From Takakia lepidozioides (taxonomy: Eukaryota; Plantae; Bryophyta): DNA of 64,000 nucleotides. Below are positions 50,906-62,956 of the stretch, piece by piece. The notes beneath the pieces were generated by a model that was not told the origin of the DNA, did no database searches, and saw nothing but the letters and a program-made list of their open reading frames with translations. How positions within the stretch are numbered: position 1 is the stretch's first letter; each line of letters starts with the position of its first letter. Both the position numbers and the translations under genes were made by a program. The stretch spans positions 70,494,001 to 70,558,000 of the forward strand of contig CM060733.1 of assembly GCA_030704615.1 (NCBI GenBank). Direction: 5' to 3'.

Positions 50906-52822
50906 TTCCAAAATTACGGGCGATGGGAGGAATGGCTGGATTCAAAAGCGAGTTGCGAGGAATTGATTGGGAATCTTTGAAGCAGATGCCTGTGAAGTTC
51001 TTGCCAGAGACTTTTGATGGCGATATCCTATTCGAGCTGCCTCCTCCTCCGCGAGTTGGAGGTGTAACAATCATGATGCATGGAATGGACAAGAAACACG
51101 ACGGGCACCCGTGGTGCAGAACAAAAACATCCAATATTCATAATGATGACAAGCTTGTTTTCAGGAGAACAGTTTGCAATGGACACCTTAGGTGTGATAA
51201 TTTGAATTGCAAACACTTTCTTCAGTTTGGGGTTCATAATCAAAGCGAATGGGAGGGTCTGGCGGAAAATCCATTTCAGCCTGAGACTGCCCCTCCACCG
51301 GCAAACACTTTCGTCTGCAAATTCTGCAAACTTGTGCCATCCTGCTTGGCGCTCTGCGGAGCAAGAATGTACTATGTTGTCCACCGTTTGAAAACAATGA
51401 CAAGAGCTTGTGTGCATTTCGGATTCCATAACCATCCTGTCTCAAAGGGGGATTACAGGGAGAGTGTTGAGACAGTATCGAGGTTGATTAAACAGGAGTT
51501 GGGGGTGAAACCCATCCGCAACAACATCTACAATTGCTCTTGGCGTAAGCAAGTCCTTCTTGGAAAGCCATATTTTGAGTGAAGGGGATTCTGTGGGGGA
51601 CTAAACTTGACGGTGCAGCATTGGACCTGGTCATGGATCATTTCTCCACTTTAAGTTCACCGAACATTCGGCATCAGATCAATGCATTGAGAATGGGCTC
51701 TGGGATTAGAGGCTACATAGACAATATTTTGGAATTGAAACGAGTGAGTTCTAAAATACTTAGACTTAGATGCAGAGGAAGCGGGGATACATTGTACTTA
51801 CTCTGAGTCAGACTGAACTGTATTCTTTTAATATTCATTTTCATACTATCTGGAAAACGTTGAATCCCCTTCCTCCACCGTAGTTGAACCTTTAGAACAA
51901 ATAATAATCACAGAATCAACTTTCATTTAAATTGCAATATGTATGAATCCATCTCACAAACCTCCCTGACTCTTCTCATATCCATTGTGCATTCATCTAT
52001 AGTGTATTCATGCGTGCTCCATTCATGAATTTTTTCCTTTGTTCAACATCCATTGTACATTCATCCTCTGTACTCTTTAATCCACCCCACAAACCTTCCA
52101 CACTCATTTCATATACGTTGTGCATTCGTCAAAAGTTTTGGTCATGCATCTTCCTGTCATGAATTTTTGTCATTGCTCAACATCCATTATACATTAATCC
52201 ATTTACTCTTATCCATCCCTCATTCATCCATCTACATTCATTTTTCACACTCATCCATCTGTTTATCATCCAACTGTACATTCATCCATCCTTTATTCAA
52301 TGCCTTTTATTATGTCGTCCAGCTTGTTTCCGCGGTAAAGGGTGCCAATCCGCGGGAATACCCTCCACTTCTTTCTGGGCGCGTGGTGACGCGGCCTTCA
52401 TGTGTGATGACGTGGAGTGAGCCCCATGACGTGGCATTTGCGCAAGGTGACATGGCGTGAGCGCAGTTGCGCTCACGCGCTCACGTGACCAGGCTCACGC
52501 CGAGGCATCCCTGGCAGCCCATGACACGTATCAGGGAATTCCACATGAGCTTCTGGGATTCCGTATCCTCGGATTGCATGTCACAAACTGCAATTGTCAT
52601 AACTCGTTGGTACACTGGATCGTAGACATGACAAGCCATTGTCGTCCAATCCTTCACTCGTTTCACATGATCAAACATAAGAAAACAGTTCTGCAAGTCC
52701 CCAGTCTTCTGCATCCGCTTCACGAGGCTAACCCCACTGCCCTCCTCAACAGTCGACATTTTGAAAAGAAAAACTTTGATGGCACCTTGACCTGGGAATA
52801 CATTGTCTTGGATGTAATCATA
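50900..52822. pseudogene. Partial duplicate of the family-B MULE transposase: 50900-51748 (+) continuing as 52822-52510 (-)
   Basis: 50900-51748 is near-identical to ~59965-60760. The next bases of that copy (60764-61075) appear reverse-complemented at 52822-52510. Confidence 0.9.
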
Positions 52823-55800
52823 CAACAGCCTTGTCTTTTGGTTTGCGGCCCGCCTTCTTTCCCTTCTGCGGCGTTCCCTGAGCATCAGGCCACGCTGGAT
52901 ACACCTATGGCTGGCCACTAAAAAGTCAGGGGATAGGGACTCGGCCGCGTGAAGTGCCATTGCTTCGGCATAAACAGGAAGCAGAAAATTGGAAAGGGGG
53001 CTATCGAAAACAGACTCGCCAGAAATGACTGTATCTCCTGAAGATCCACCGCTGCCTTTCCTGAAAGACAGCCTGAAAAAGTTATTACTGTAACTTTGAT
53101 GTTATTGAGAAATTGAGTATGGCTCCCAAAGAGGGTTTAGCACTTACTCACATGAAAAGTCGTTGTCGACCTGCTTATCTTCGGGATCGTCATCATTTCG
53201 AATTTGAATCCGATCAGTCTGTGTGCCTGAAGTGGAGCCAGACAAAAGGGGGAGGAGCACTGTGTTGTAGAGGTCAGAATCACCCTCCATGCCAAAAAGG
53301 CTTCTTCCGCCTGCCTTGCATGCATGGTAAGTTGCTCCTGCCAGACAGGAGGACATGAACAGTTGGTGGGGGGGATTTAAGCAGATGAAACTGTTGAAAA
53401 GAAAACCAATTCGGAAGGGAAAGAACGAACCTGTGGACACAGAAAGATCGACCACCCGTGCAGAGCGGGGCTGCATGACTCCAACAGTATTTGCATGAAC
53501 GCTGGGGACTTTTCCTTTGCACCTCTCCAGGGAGTGCCATCTGGTCTCTTCAGAGTCTGACTAGACTGCATGAAGTTGTACAAAATGTCATCGACATGGG
53601 GCTCATAGGGGGGGTTGACGAAACAACCCTGGTCAGAAATCTCAAAGTTGCGGATGGAGGATGGTGTCTTTGAGGTGCGAATCCTCCGTAGGCAGATCGC
53701 CTCGAACATCCTCGTCTGCCAAAGATAGCAGGTTAGTGTGGTAAACACAATCTATAGTGGAAGTGTGTACATCGGCTATTCAGAAACTCAGATACAAAAA
53801 AATCATGAATCGGTGATGATCGGTGTCGATCATAAACACATTCTACTAGAGTGGAGCTGCAGAGAACATTGAAACTCATCATGAAAGCACAAGTAGAAGG
53901 GAGACGGCATACCAACTGACCAGGAAACCCCCTTTCACAAGGTAGAGGCTGTTCACACAATTCCATGTGCGCAAAACTTCAAACCCTGAAGACTTGAGGT
54001 ATGATGCCAATGCCCGACGACTATCATTGTCACATGACTGAAAAAGCAGAAGTGTCCCTGCATCAGAGAGGAAGTCGTTACAGAACCCGAAACCCAACTC
54101 CAGTAGTTGTCCTCGAATTTGTTCCCAGCCTGGCGTCTTGCCTTTGGAAGAACTCCTGGCACAGCCTGGCCATCCGGGATGTCGAGAATGACAATGTCAG
54201 CCGCATAAGTTTTCTGCACACCGCACACGAAGGTGGGACCTGTGCTCACCTGCAACAGACATGTTTTTTATAAGAAAGATGGCAAGAATATTTTCAAAGA
54301 ACGAGACTGAAATACTGCCAACGAAACTTTCAGAGAAAAAGAAAAGAAACTGGAATTCTCACCAGATTGAGGAATGAGATTATATTGTCCCAGGTAGGGG
54401 ATGGCACCCCAGTGTATCCTCTCTTTCGACTCTGCATCATCGACAGCCAACCCTCATTAACAATTTTCATCTCTCCTGCCGAATCAGAACGGGAAGGGTG
54501 TGGCTTGGCATCGAACACGCACTGAACAGTGCGGGTATATTTTCCAGCAGTAAAGTCCTGCCCACTCTCCATCTCCTTTTCTTTCTCCTTCCCCTTGTCC
54601 TTTTCCTTCTCTTTGGACTTGTCTTTGTCCTTTGGCTTTGCTGGTGAGATGGCTATGACAGCCAATGTTGCTATGTTTCGTTGGTACTCTTCGTCAGTCA
54701 AAGGCGCCAGCATCTCAGCGTTATTGTTCAAGTATTTCATATGTTGTTCTTGAAAGGTCGTGTGCTCCGGTGGGCAGTCAAGGTACCACCCACAGTCTCT
54801 GAAGTGAGAAGGACTCCAGTCCTTCAATATCCCTGCAGTATACATGGTTGGATCGTTTGCAGGGTCTGACCACATGTCAAGATAGTATGGAATTCCGCTC
54901 AGGTGATTTCCTTCCATAAGCACATATTTCGTGTACCTGAAAAAAGGAGATAAATCCCAACCCACAAAAGCGCTCAGTGAGTAAGATGCAAGTAGAACAG
55001 AATGAAAAAAACATAGATTGAAATGGCTCTGAGAACTGCTCCAAGGACCTTTCAGGACCACACGAATGCTGCAGATGTGAATGTCGTCAACGCCATTCAA
55101 AACATTCCATTCAATGATACTATAAATACACCCTAATCCAGGTGAATGCAAACTATCGTTTTTGAATGACACAGACATAGAAGTGAATGTCGTCAACGAC
55201 ATTCACCAATCAAGCCTAATTATTCCTTAAATGAAGCAAAATGACATGATGGAAATCATAAACTCGAGTAAGGAACCCTCGAGGAAAACTCAATGCACAT
55301 TCATAACGAACATATCACTGAGAACCTCACAACAACACTGTATGTGAATGGCGTCAACGCCATTCAAAAAAATACCAACAAGGAACCAATTACTTAGCTC
55401 CCAATCCATGTAAATTCGAATTGTCGCTGTTGAATAATACAGACACAGAAGTGAATGTCGTCAACGACATTCACTTTGGATTTCTCATAACAGAGCTTAT
55501 CAAGCCTCCAGATTCCTCGCAAGAGGCAAAAACAATGCATAACAACTGAATGTCTGCATTGACATTCAGCAAAATGAAGTGAGAAACCCTCACTGTAACC
55601 TCTATGGACATTACAAAAATTTACATAACTCTGAGGACCTCTCAAAAACTCCGGATGTGAATGTCGTCAACGCCATTCAAGGACATTATCAATTCTAATC
55701 AGGGACACTAGAATTACACCCCCTAACCAGGTGAATTCATATACTCGCTTAAGAATGACTCAGACAAAGAAGTGAATGTTGTCAACGACATTCAATCTGG

Positions 55801-58637
55801 ATCTATGAATGCAATCCTTATGAAGCCACATTTTTTCCCAAAAAAGCAGTAGAGTTTCAAGTATAACATTGCACCTGTACACAACTCGCATCATGGCCCA
55901 CTCTCCTCCAACCTGACTGTCAAAGTGTTGGACCGTAAAATGTTACCATCTTTGGAGAACTCCCGGAAAAAAAAGTATCTCCAGGTGAGACCTCTCCACT
56001 TCCTTATGTATGCCTCCAATGACATTTGGGGAGGGGAAATAATCGAAATGTTCAGGTCCTTCAAAGTCTGATCCAGCACAATGACGGCGCGCTTTTCGAG
56101 CTGCAAATTGTATATTTGTCAGAATTGCAAATAAGATACTCATCACATACTTGAAGAGAAGAAAACGACATGTTTAAATACACACCTGACTCCAAAATGT
56201 AGCCTTGTGGAGCCAGTTATCAAACACCAAATCACTGATTCCTTCCACCTTGTGTGCCAGGTTGTATGGTGCTCTTTGGGAACTGATTCAAGTCCTTTAC
56301 TGTTTGATCTGAGTTCCATATCTCCAGCCACCTTATTTTTGTTTGTGGGTCGACCATCGATATGGCCAGCCGGTGCAATTTCTCCTGTTGCATCTCCGGA
56401 TGCACATGCTTGTCATAGTGTGTTTTGATCTGCTGAAGGAACTCAGGACCAAGTCCAGGATCTACTATTCTAAGCTGCTTTCCGAAGGCGGACATCAATT
56501 TGGTTCTTCGCATTTCAAACTCCTTCTTTATTGCAGCTTTCCACCCTTTGATGTCCTTAGTTCCTCTGGTGTAGTGCGGTAATATTCGGATTTCCCTTCT
56601 CAGCTGCCTCTGCCAGTTCTTGCTGCATTGATTCAAGTAGTGATTAGCTCCGAAGGGACTACAAACATGTATTCGAAAAGTAAACAGAGTACAGACTCGG
56701 GCTTACCGCATACATGTACTCCAGAAACGCCTCTCGTGTCAAAGAATACCAAGTGCCTGCAGCCCTTCCTGTTTTGCACTTCTTGATGATTGGGTGGTGG
56801 TACTGTCCGAAAATCATCCAGCTTCATCAGACCAATCCTCTGAATTCAGAATAGTGTGTGAACCAAGCTTGTTGTCACATGCGATTTCTCTGTTGATCTG
56901 CAAAAACATTGGAAACATTGCATTCCTTAACACTGTTTTTTGAGGATTAATAAGACACTACAGAGGGAATGAAATCTCCTGATGACTTACTTGTTCACGT
57001 CGTGCATAGCTGTAAGAAGCCTAGCGATGTCGTTTCCAGGATCCAAAACCATTGCCTCCACAGCAACATGCTTGTCTTTGTCTTTCGCATGGTATTTCTG
57101 AATGTATCATCCATGCCAGCAATCGGTGGTTGCCGTCCCAGACGTAGAACATGTGGTTGCAGAATTGCTGGGTGTTCTTTCCCATCATGAGGCCCAGCTC
57201 GAACTCCTCATTGGCATCTTTCCAGCACTCATCCCAGTTATCACTAATCTCTGGAGACACTAATGTGCTTTTCCCATTTATATCCGTCAATGACACATAA
57301 AAAACTTGTGCACCAAGTCTATATCCATGCACAAAATCACTCTCCAATTTTGTTATGTCATGGAAAGAGGTGGACGCACAACAGGCATTGATATCATCCG
57401 GCACAGAGGGATGTCCAGACGCCCTCCAGATACGAGCATGTCCCTTATAACCTCCTGAGAGTTTACCTTCTGGAATGACATGAGTTCTTTCACCTTGTCA
57501 AGGTAGTGCACTTCAGATTCATCTGCTTCATCTGTATTCTCTGAGCTTTTGCGGACTCGTCCCATCTCCAGATCCTTTCCCCTCTGATCCTGTAGGCTTC
57601 GACCTCACAGTTTTCTGCACGATGCCATTCATTCTGACTGAGTAATTTGCAAATAGTGAATGGCGGTAACGACCATCACTCTGTCTCAAAGAAACTCACT
57701 ATGAATGGTGTGAAACAATTCAGCACAATCTACACAAGCAAAGCTGATACTGTCGTATTCAAAAAAAAAAGAGGAGAGCGATAGCGAACGGCGTTAACGA
57801 CAATCACAAAAGATAACGACCTGCCGGATCGATGTTGTGTAATGACATATATGTGTAAGTGATTGGCGACAACGACATTCAGTATAGTTTAGGGCGGACA
57901 GTAAGTGCAGATTATTCAGATTGACTCCACTGTGATTACCGTCGCAAGCATGGGAAGAGGAAGGACTGCTTGAAAGGCAATCAGACAGACTTATGGTCTG
58001 AAAAACGATGATTGACGGTATGCCGACCCTCACTCTCTCTTCAAACACATAGGTACATAAATCTCATGAGGAGAATCAAATGGCGTTAACGACGCGCACA
58101 ATTCAGTAGTTCCTGCTAAAGAAGGGAAGAGGAAGGACTCCTTGAAAGGCAATCAGACAGACTGTATGATCGGAACAACAGTGAATGACTGTGCCGATAG
58201 TCACCCACTCATTGTGCGGTAAACCCTTAGCAGAGGAGAGTAGAAAGCAAATCACTTGTGATGGTCGGTAGCGACAATCCCTGTCTGGGACATTCCACTC
58301 AATCTCTACGCATATCTTCAACAATGAAAGTAAGTTAGATAAAACTTACTGGCGCCTTCTTAGGTTTTGAAATTTGATCCCCTTCTGCAGCTTTCTCTCC
58401 CTTCACATCTGCTCATTTCTGTCTGCTCTAGGGTTTCTGGAATTCTCTTAGTTCCGCGTTCCGCGTGCTTCCACCTCCTTCAGTGTCCCTGCGAATCATC
58501 TCTGCCTCCACAGGCTGGCGCAGTCTTATCGCCGACTGTGTCACAGCCGTTGCCTCAGTCTCCGTCTGCTCTTCTGAATCAGTCTCCGCGTTTACCTGCC
58601 TTGGCCCTGTGTTCTCCAACAAACGACGCCTCGTCAT
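52823..58637 (-). pseudogene. Multi-exon gene: ParB/Srx-like domain + beta-class N4-C/N6-A DNA methyltransferase-like domain (frameshifted)
   Basis: ParB-like DIPLCRM...VRP...DITKLESDFVHGY...FYVWDGNHRLLAW (57420-57110). MTase-like ADIVILDIPDG (~54200-54168), FLSDAGTLLLF...GFEVLRTW, PWRGAKEKSPAFMQILLESCSP, VVDLSVSTG|ATYHACKAGGRSLFGMEGD with a phase-1 GT-AG intron at 53430-53338. Confidence 0.7.
55077..55794. repeat. Intronic array of 7 hairpins, consensus GTGAATGTCG-TCAA-CGACATTCAC
   Basis: Copies at 55077, 55183, 55344, 55451, 55547 (variant), 55657 and 55772, arranged as pairs in three ~270-320-bp units. Confidence 0.85.
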
Positions 58638-59327
58638 TTGCTCTCTTGCTCTGCGTCTCTCTCTAAGGGAAGTAAAATAAAGAGACTTTCTTCTCTTTCG
58701 TATTGTAGAAGGAACCCTCTCCAGCTTGACTACCATCTCTCTCTCTAAGCGCAAAAAGTAGAAAAACGCAGTGACTGTCGATTTCTTGCGGGATTGCCTG
58801 CGTTCTTGCGTGTCTCTAGAAGCATCGGATTCCCTCTCGCCTGACCGTTACACATAGTCGTTCCCTTATTAGTGCACATGCCAGCAATTGGTGTACAGCT
58901 GTTCGTATTCAGTTATGGATGTCTGACGTGTGTCGCCCAAAATAAACGGCGTGTTCTTTATTAGAACGGTTTCAATATTTAAAAATAACAGCGAATCCCA
59001 GAAATCTTGGCGCACAGCCTTACACAAATAAATGTAAATGAACGAGAGTTTGATGACAAATCTTGGAATATCATACACGGTCATCATTGTTAGCCAAACC
59101 CCACATTCGTTTCACATTTGGAACTTTCCAGGTGCGCATGATCATTGGTAGTAGTATAAAGATACATTTACTTAATCTGCAATCCCATCCTCAGATCCTG
59201 TGGCATGCTTCCAGGAAGTCGGCTTTGTTATTGGGTTTATTGATGAGGTTATGGTTAACGGTTTAACAGCTGCCGACACTGCTCCTAGGGATACTCTGAC
59301 ACTGGGCCCACAAGAAAAGTAATTAAA

Positions 59328-62300
59328 ATGGACGGCTGCATATCTGGAAAGAATAACATAATATGCACAGTCGTTGTCTGAGCTTCCTCCGCCATATTCT
59401 CTGCTCATTCTTCAACTGTGTTCTGGAGACATCAGTAAACCGATTTACACTAGATCGGCGATAGCAAGGTACAACGTACGCGAGGAAGGAAGATGGCTTC
59501 CTCTGAAGCGGAGTTCTTCTCTGACGACAAAACCAGTGCCGTTCTCCCAGGAAGTCCTTGACAATGGATTTGCAATTGTTCTGGAACATGTCTTGGCTAC
59601 CCGTTTTCAGCTGCAGAATGGCTCCATCTTTTTGGAGAAAGAGATGTACGATCTTAAAGGGAAGTTGTTGAAATACTCTTTCCAAAACCGTGATGAGACG
59701 GCTCATATCAGCCAGTGGAGAGTGCGTCCTGGTCAATACAGAGTACTTGGAGAGCCTCGGCGAAAGTCCCTTGGGTCATATGTGACGCCCGGGACTGCTG
59801 CTTCGGTCGTTGAAGACAAGAGGGAGGTGGTGGTGAAAAAAGAACAGACGTCCTCCACTCCAATCGTTGAGCTTTCGGATTCTTCCGATGATGACATAAG
59901 TGAAATTCCAAATCCAGTCCTTCCTACTGTGGTTGGAGAAGCTGATGAAGAAGATATTTGTAGTGTCATTCCAAAATTGCAGGCGATGGGAGGAATGGCT
60001 GGATTCAAAAGTGAGTTGCGGGGAATTGATTGGGAATCTTTGAAGCAGGTGCCTGTGAAGTTCTTGCCAGAGACTTTTGATGGCGATATCCTATTCGAGC
60101 TGCCTCCTCCTCCGTGAGTTGGAGGTGTAACAATCATGATGCATGGAATGGACAAGAAACACGACGGGCACCCGTGGTGCAGAACAAAAACATCCAATAT
60201 TCATAATGATGACAAGCTTGTTTTCAGGAGGACAGTTTGCAATGGACACCTTAGGTGTGATAATTTGAATTGCAAACACTTTCTTCAGTCTGGGGTTCAT
60301 AATCAAATCCACCGGCAAACACTTTCGTCTGCAAATTCTGCAAACTTGTGCCATCCTGCTTGGCGCTCTGCGGAGCAAGAATGTACTATGTTGTCCACCA
60401 TTTGAAAACAATGACAAGAGCTTGTGTGCATTTCGGATTCCATAACCATCCTGTCTCGAAGGGGGATTACAGGGAGAGTGTTGAGACAGTATTGAGGTTG
60501 ATTAAACAGGAGTTCGGGAGAAACCCATCCGCAACAACATCTGCAATTGCTCTTGGCGCAAGCAAGTCCTTCTTGGAAAGCCATATTTTGAGTGAAGGGG
60601 ATTCTGTGGGGGACTAAACTTGACGGTGCAGCATTGGACCTGGTCATGGATCATTTCTCCACTTTAAGTTCACCGAACATTCGGCATCAGATCAATGCAT
60701 TGAGAATGGGCTCTGGGATAGAGGCTACATAGACAATATTTTGGAATTGAAACGAGTGAGCAAGTACGATTACATCCAGGACAATGTATCCCAGGTCAAG
60801 GTGCCATCAAAGTTTTTCTTTTCAAAATGTCGACTGTTGAGGAGGGCAGTGGGGTTAGCCTCGTGAAGCGGATGCAGAAGACTGGGGACTTGCAGAACTG
60901 TTTTCTTATGTTTGATCATGTGAAACGAGTGAAGGATTGGACGACAATGGCTTGTCATGTCTACGATCCAGTGTACCAACGAGTTATGACAATTGCAGTT
61001 TGTGACATGCAATCCGAGGATACGAAATCCCAGAAGCTCATGTGGAATTCCCTCATACGTGTCATGGGCTGCCATGGGCTGTCATCTCCAAATTTCGCAG
61101 GTTTCATGGCGGATAGTGCTCAAGCAAATTTCAATGCTGTTCGTATTGTCTTCGGATCGGGCGACCCAAAAGTGCCCAATGCGAGGAAGAGAGATACATG
61201 TCTATTCCATTGGACACAATCTCTGGAAAAACATACAAAGTCGGACATCAAACCAGAGATGCAGACTCAGCACCGTAAATTGTGCAAAGAGTACAAAGAT
61301 GCTAGAACAATGAAGGAGGCGGACACTTTGTTCCAGACAATTCGTGCCTGGTGGTTCTCTTCTAGAGCTGCATCACTTGAGAGTATGAGAGCATTGGAAG
61401 ATTGGTTGGCGTTTTGGCACTTCCAGTGTAGATAGTGGGGAGCAGCCATGCAAGTGGTACGAGGCTTATATTTCTTGCTTTATTCATACATTTACTTTCT
61501 ATTTTATTGTGTCCTCGCTTTCTTTATGTTGTTTCTGTTCACTGTTTTGAAGTGTGGTTCTCCACTTTGCAGAACATGTCCATTGAAGAAATGGCGAACA
61601 TGCCATCTTGCAATTTGGCAGAAACTGTGCACAACGCATGGTTGCAACAGTCTGGGAAACGAGGTCGGGATTTGTATGTGGCAACAACAGATGATTTGAT
61701 ACGTGCCTTGCAACAACAAACCCGATACCGTGATTTCTTGCGAGGTGGGGTTGGTGGCAAGGGTCCGGACAAATGGGAGTTGATGTTGCGTGCTGCAAAC
61801 AGATCTGGGGATCCAATCAAGATAGCACGGGCGGTGAGCATGTATGCCCAGGGAACGCCACTTGTTTCTAGAGTTCCACATCTTGAAGGGGAGGAGAGAT
61901 TCGGCTCCTGTAAGAGGAAATTGAACACTCCACCTGGTTCGGATTCCGATTCGCACAGGGCTGACTGTGATAACTTCTCGAAGCCTCGTGTTCCCCTGCA
62001 TGACAGCTCCATATCCGGAACCTCCATTGTGGAGGAACCTCCAACACGACGGCAAGCTCCAGCATCAAACAGTGCCACTGAAATGGTGCAGGAGAGAAAC
62101 AACCCCCTTGATGTGCTTGAGTCCGCATGCCCGACCACGTTTGGCACATAGAACGCACAAGTGTAGGGTCTCGTGTGAAATGTACAGCGATCAGGGCAAC
62201 TAATTTTGAGAAGTGCACTTCATCTATATCCAGAGGTGGTGGCCGAACTCCTGCTCCGACTTTCACGGGTTTGATGCGTCCATACGGTCAACCAAAAGCC

Positions 62301-62956
62301 AAGAACCACAAGTTCTAGTTCTGCGCAGATGATTGTGCCAGATGTGTGTATGGAACTGTGCGTCCTTCCGTAGTGATGAAGCCATCTCCTCCAACCGTTT
62401 GGCCCGTGAAGGTGGGAACACATCTCAGCTTTCAGGAGATTGAAATGTTGGAGGAGGCAGGTTTTTCCCTTGCGAGACAACCCCAACTCCATGCATGTGC
62501 TACTACTTCTGCGTCCTCCCGGGTCCCCCGGCAAATCCTGACTTGTGGCCAACCAAACGAGATGGAAAGCTCGTTCGGCGTTTCCCTCCAACCGCTGAAC
62601 ACTTTGGCAAAGTGGAGTCCGCAAGAATGCTCCAAGCTCGTGTTGGAAGCACCGCGGAAGTACCCAATCCAGGATATGGTCGGGTATTCACAATCATCAC
62701 TTCCACATCTGCTGTTCATGACAGGACCTACGACATCACGTTTCCAATTTCCCCAATTGCACATGTCCTGATTTTGTGAATATGCTATCAACCAGTTTGG
62801 GCAAGAGAGGTAAATTCATACCCTGCAAACATTTGTATTTCATATTTTTGAAGAGGATGGTTTGCGATCCCAAACGTGATAGCTTTATTCACCATGCCAC
62901 TATGAGTTTCAACGAGGTCAATACTCTATTGCAGTGGGATACAACACATGGGTAGC
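59328..62956 (+). pseudogene. MULE-type DDE transposase with N-terminal zinc domain and C-terminal SWIM (family B), frameshifted
   Basis: DKKHDGHPWC..CNGHLRCDNLNC..C..C..C..HFGFHNH; LMFDHVKR; FAGFMADSAQANF; CLFHW; NLAETVH; SWIM CTCPDF...PCKH (62758-62832). Intron ~61456-61572, at the same position as in family A. Confidence 0.9.

Noticed and set aside
52481-52960. 159-aa ORF that looks like a novel transposase fusion
   Set aside because: It is a chimera across the inversion breakpoint at 52822 (cargo-gene tail joined to transposase middle).
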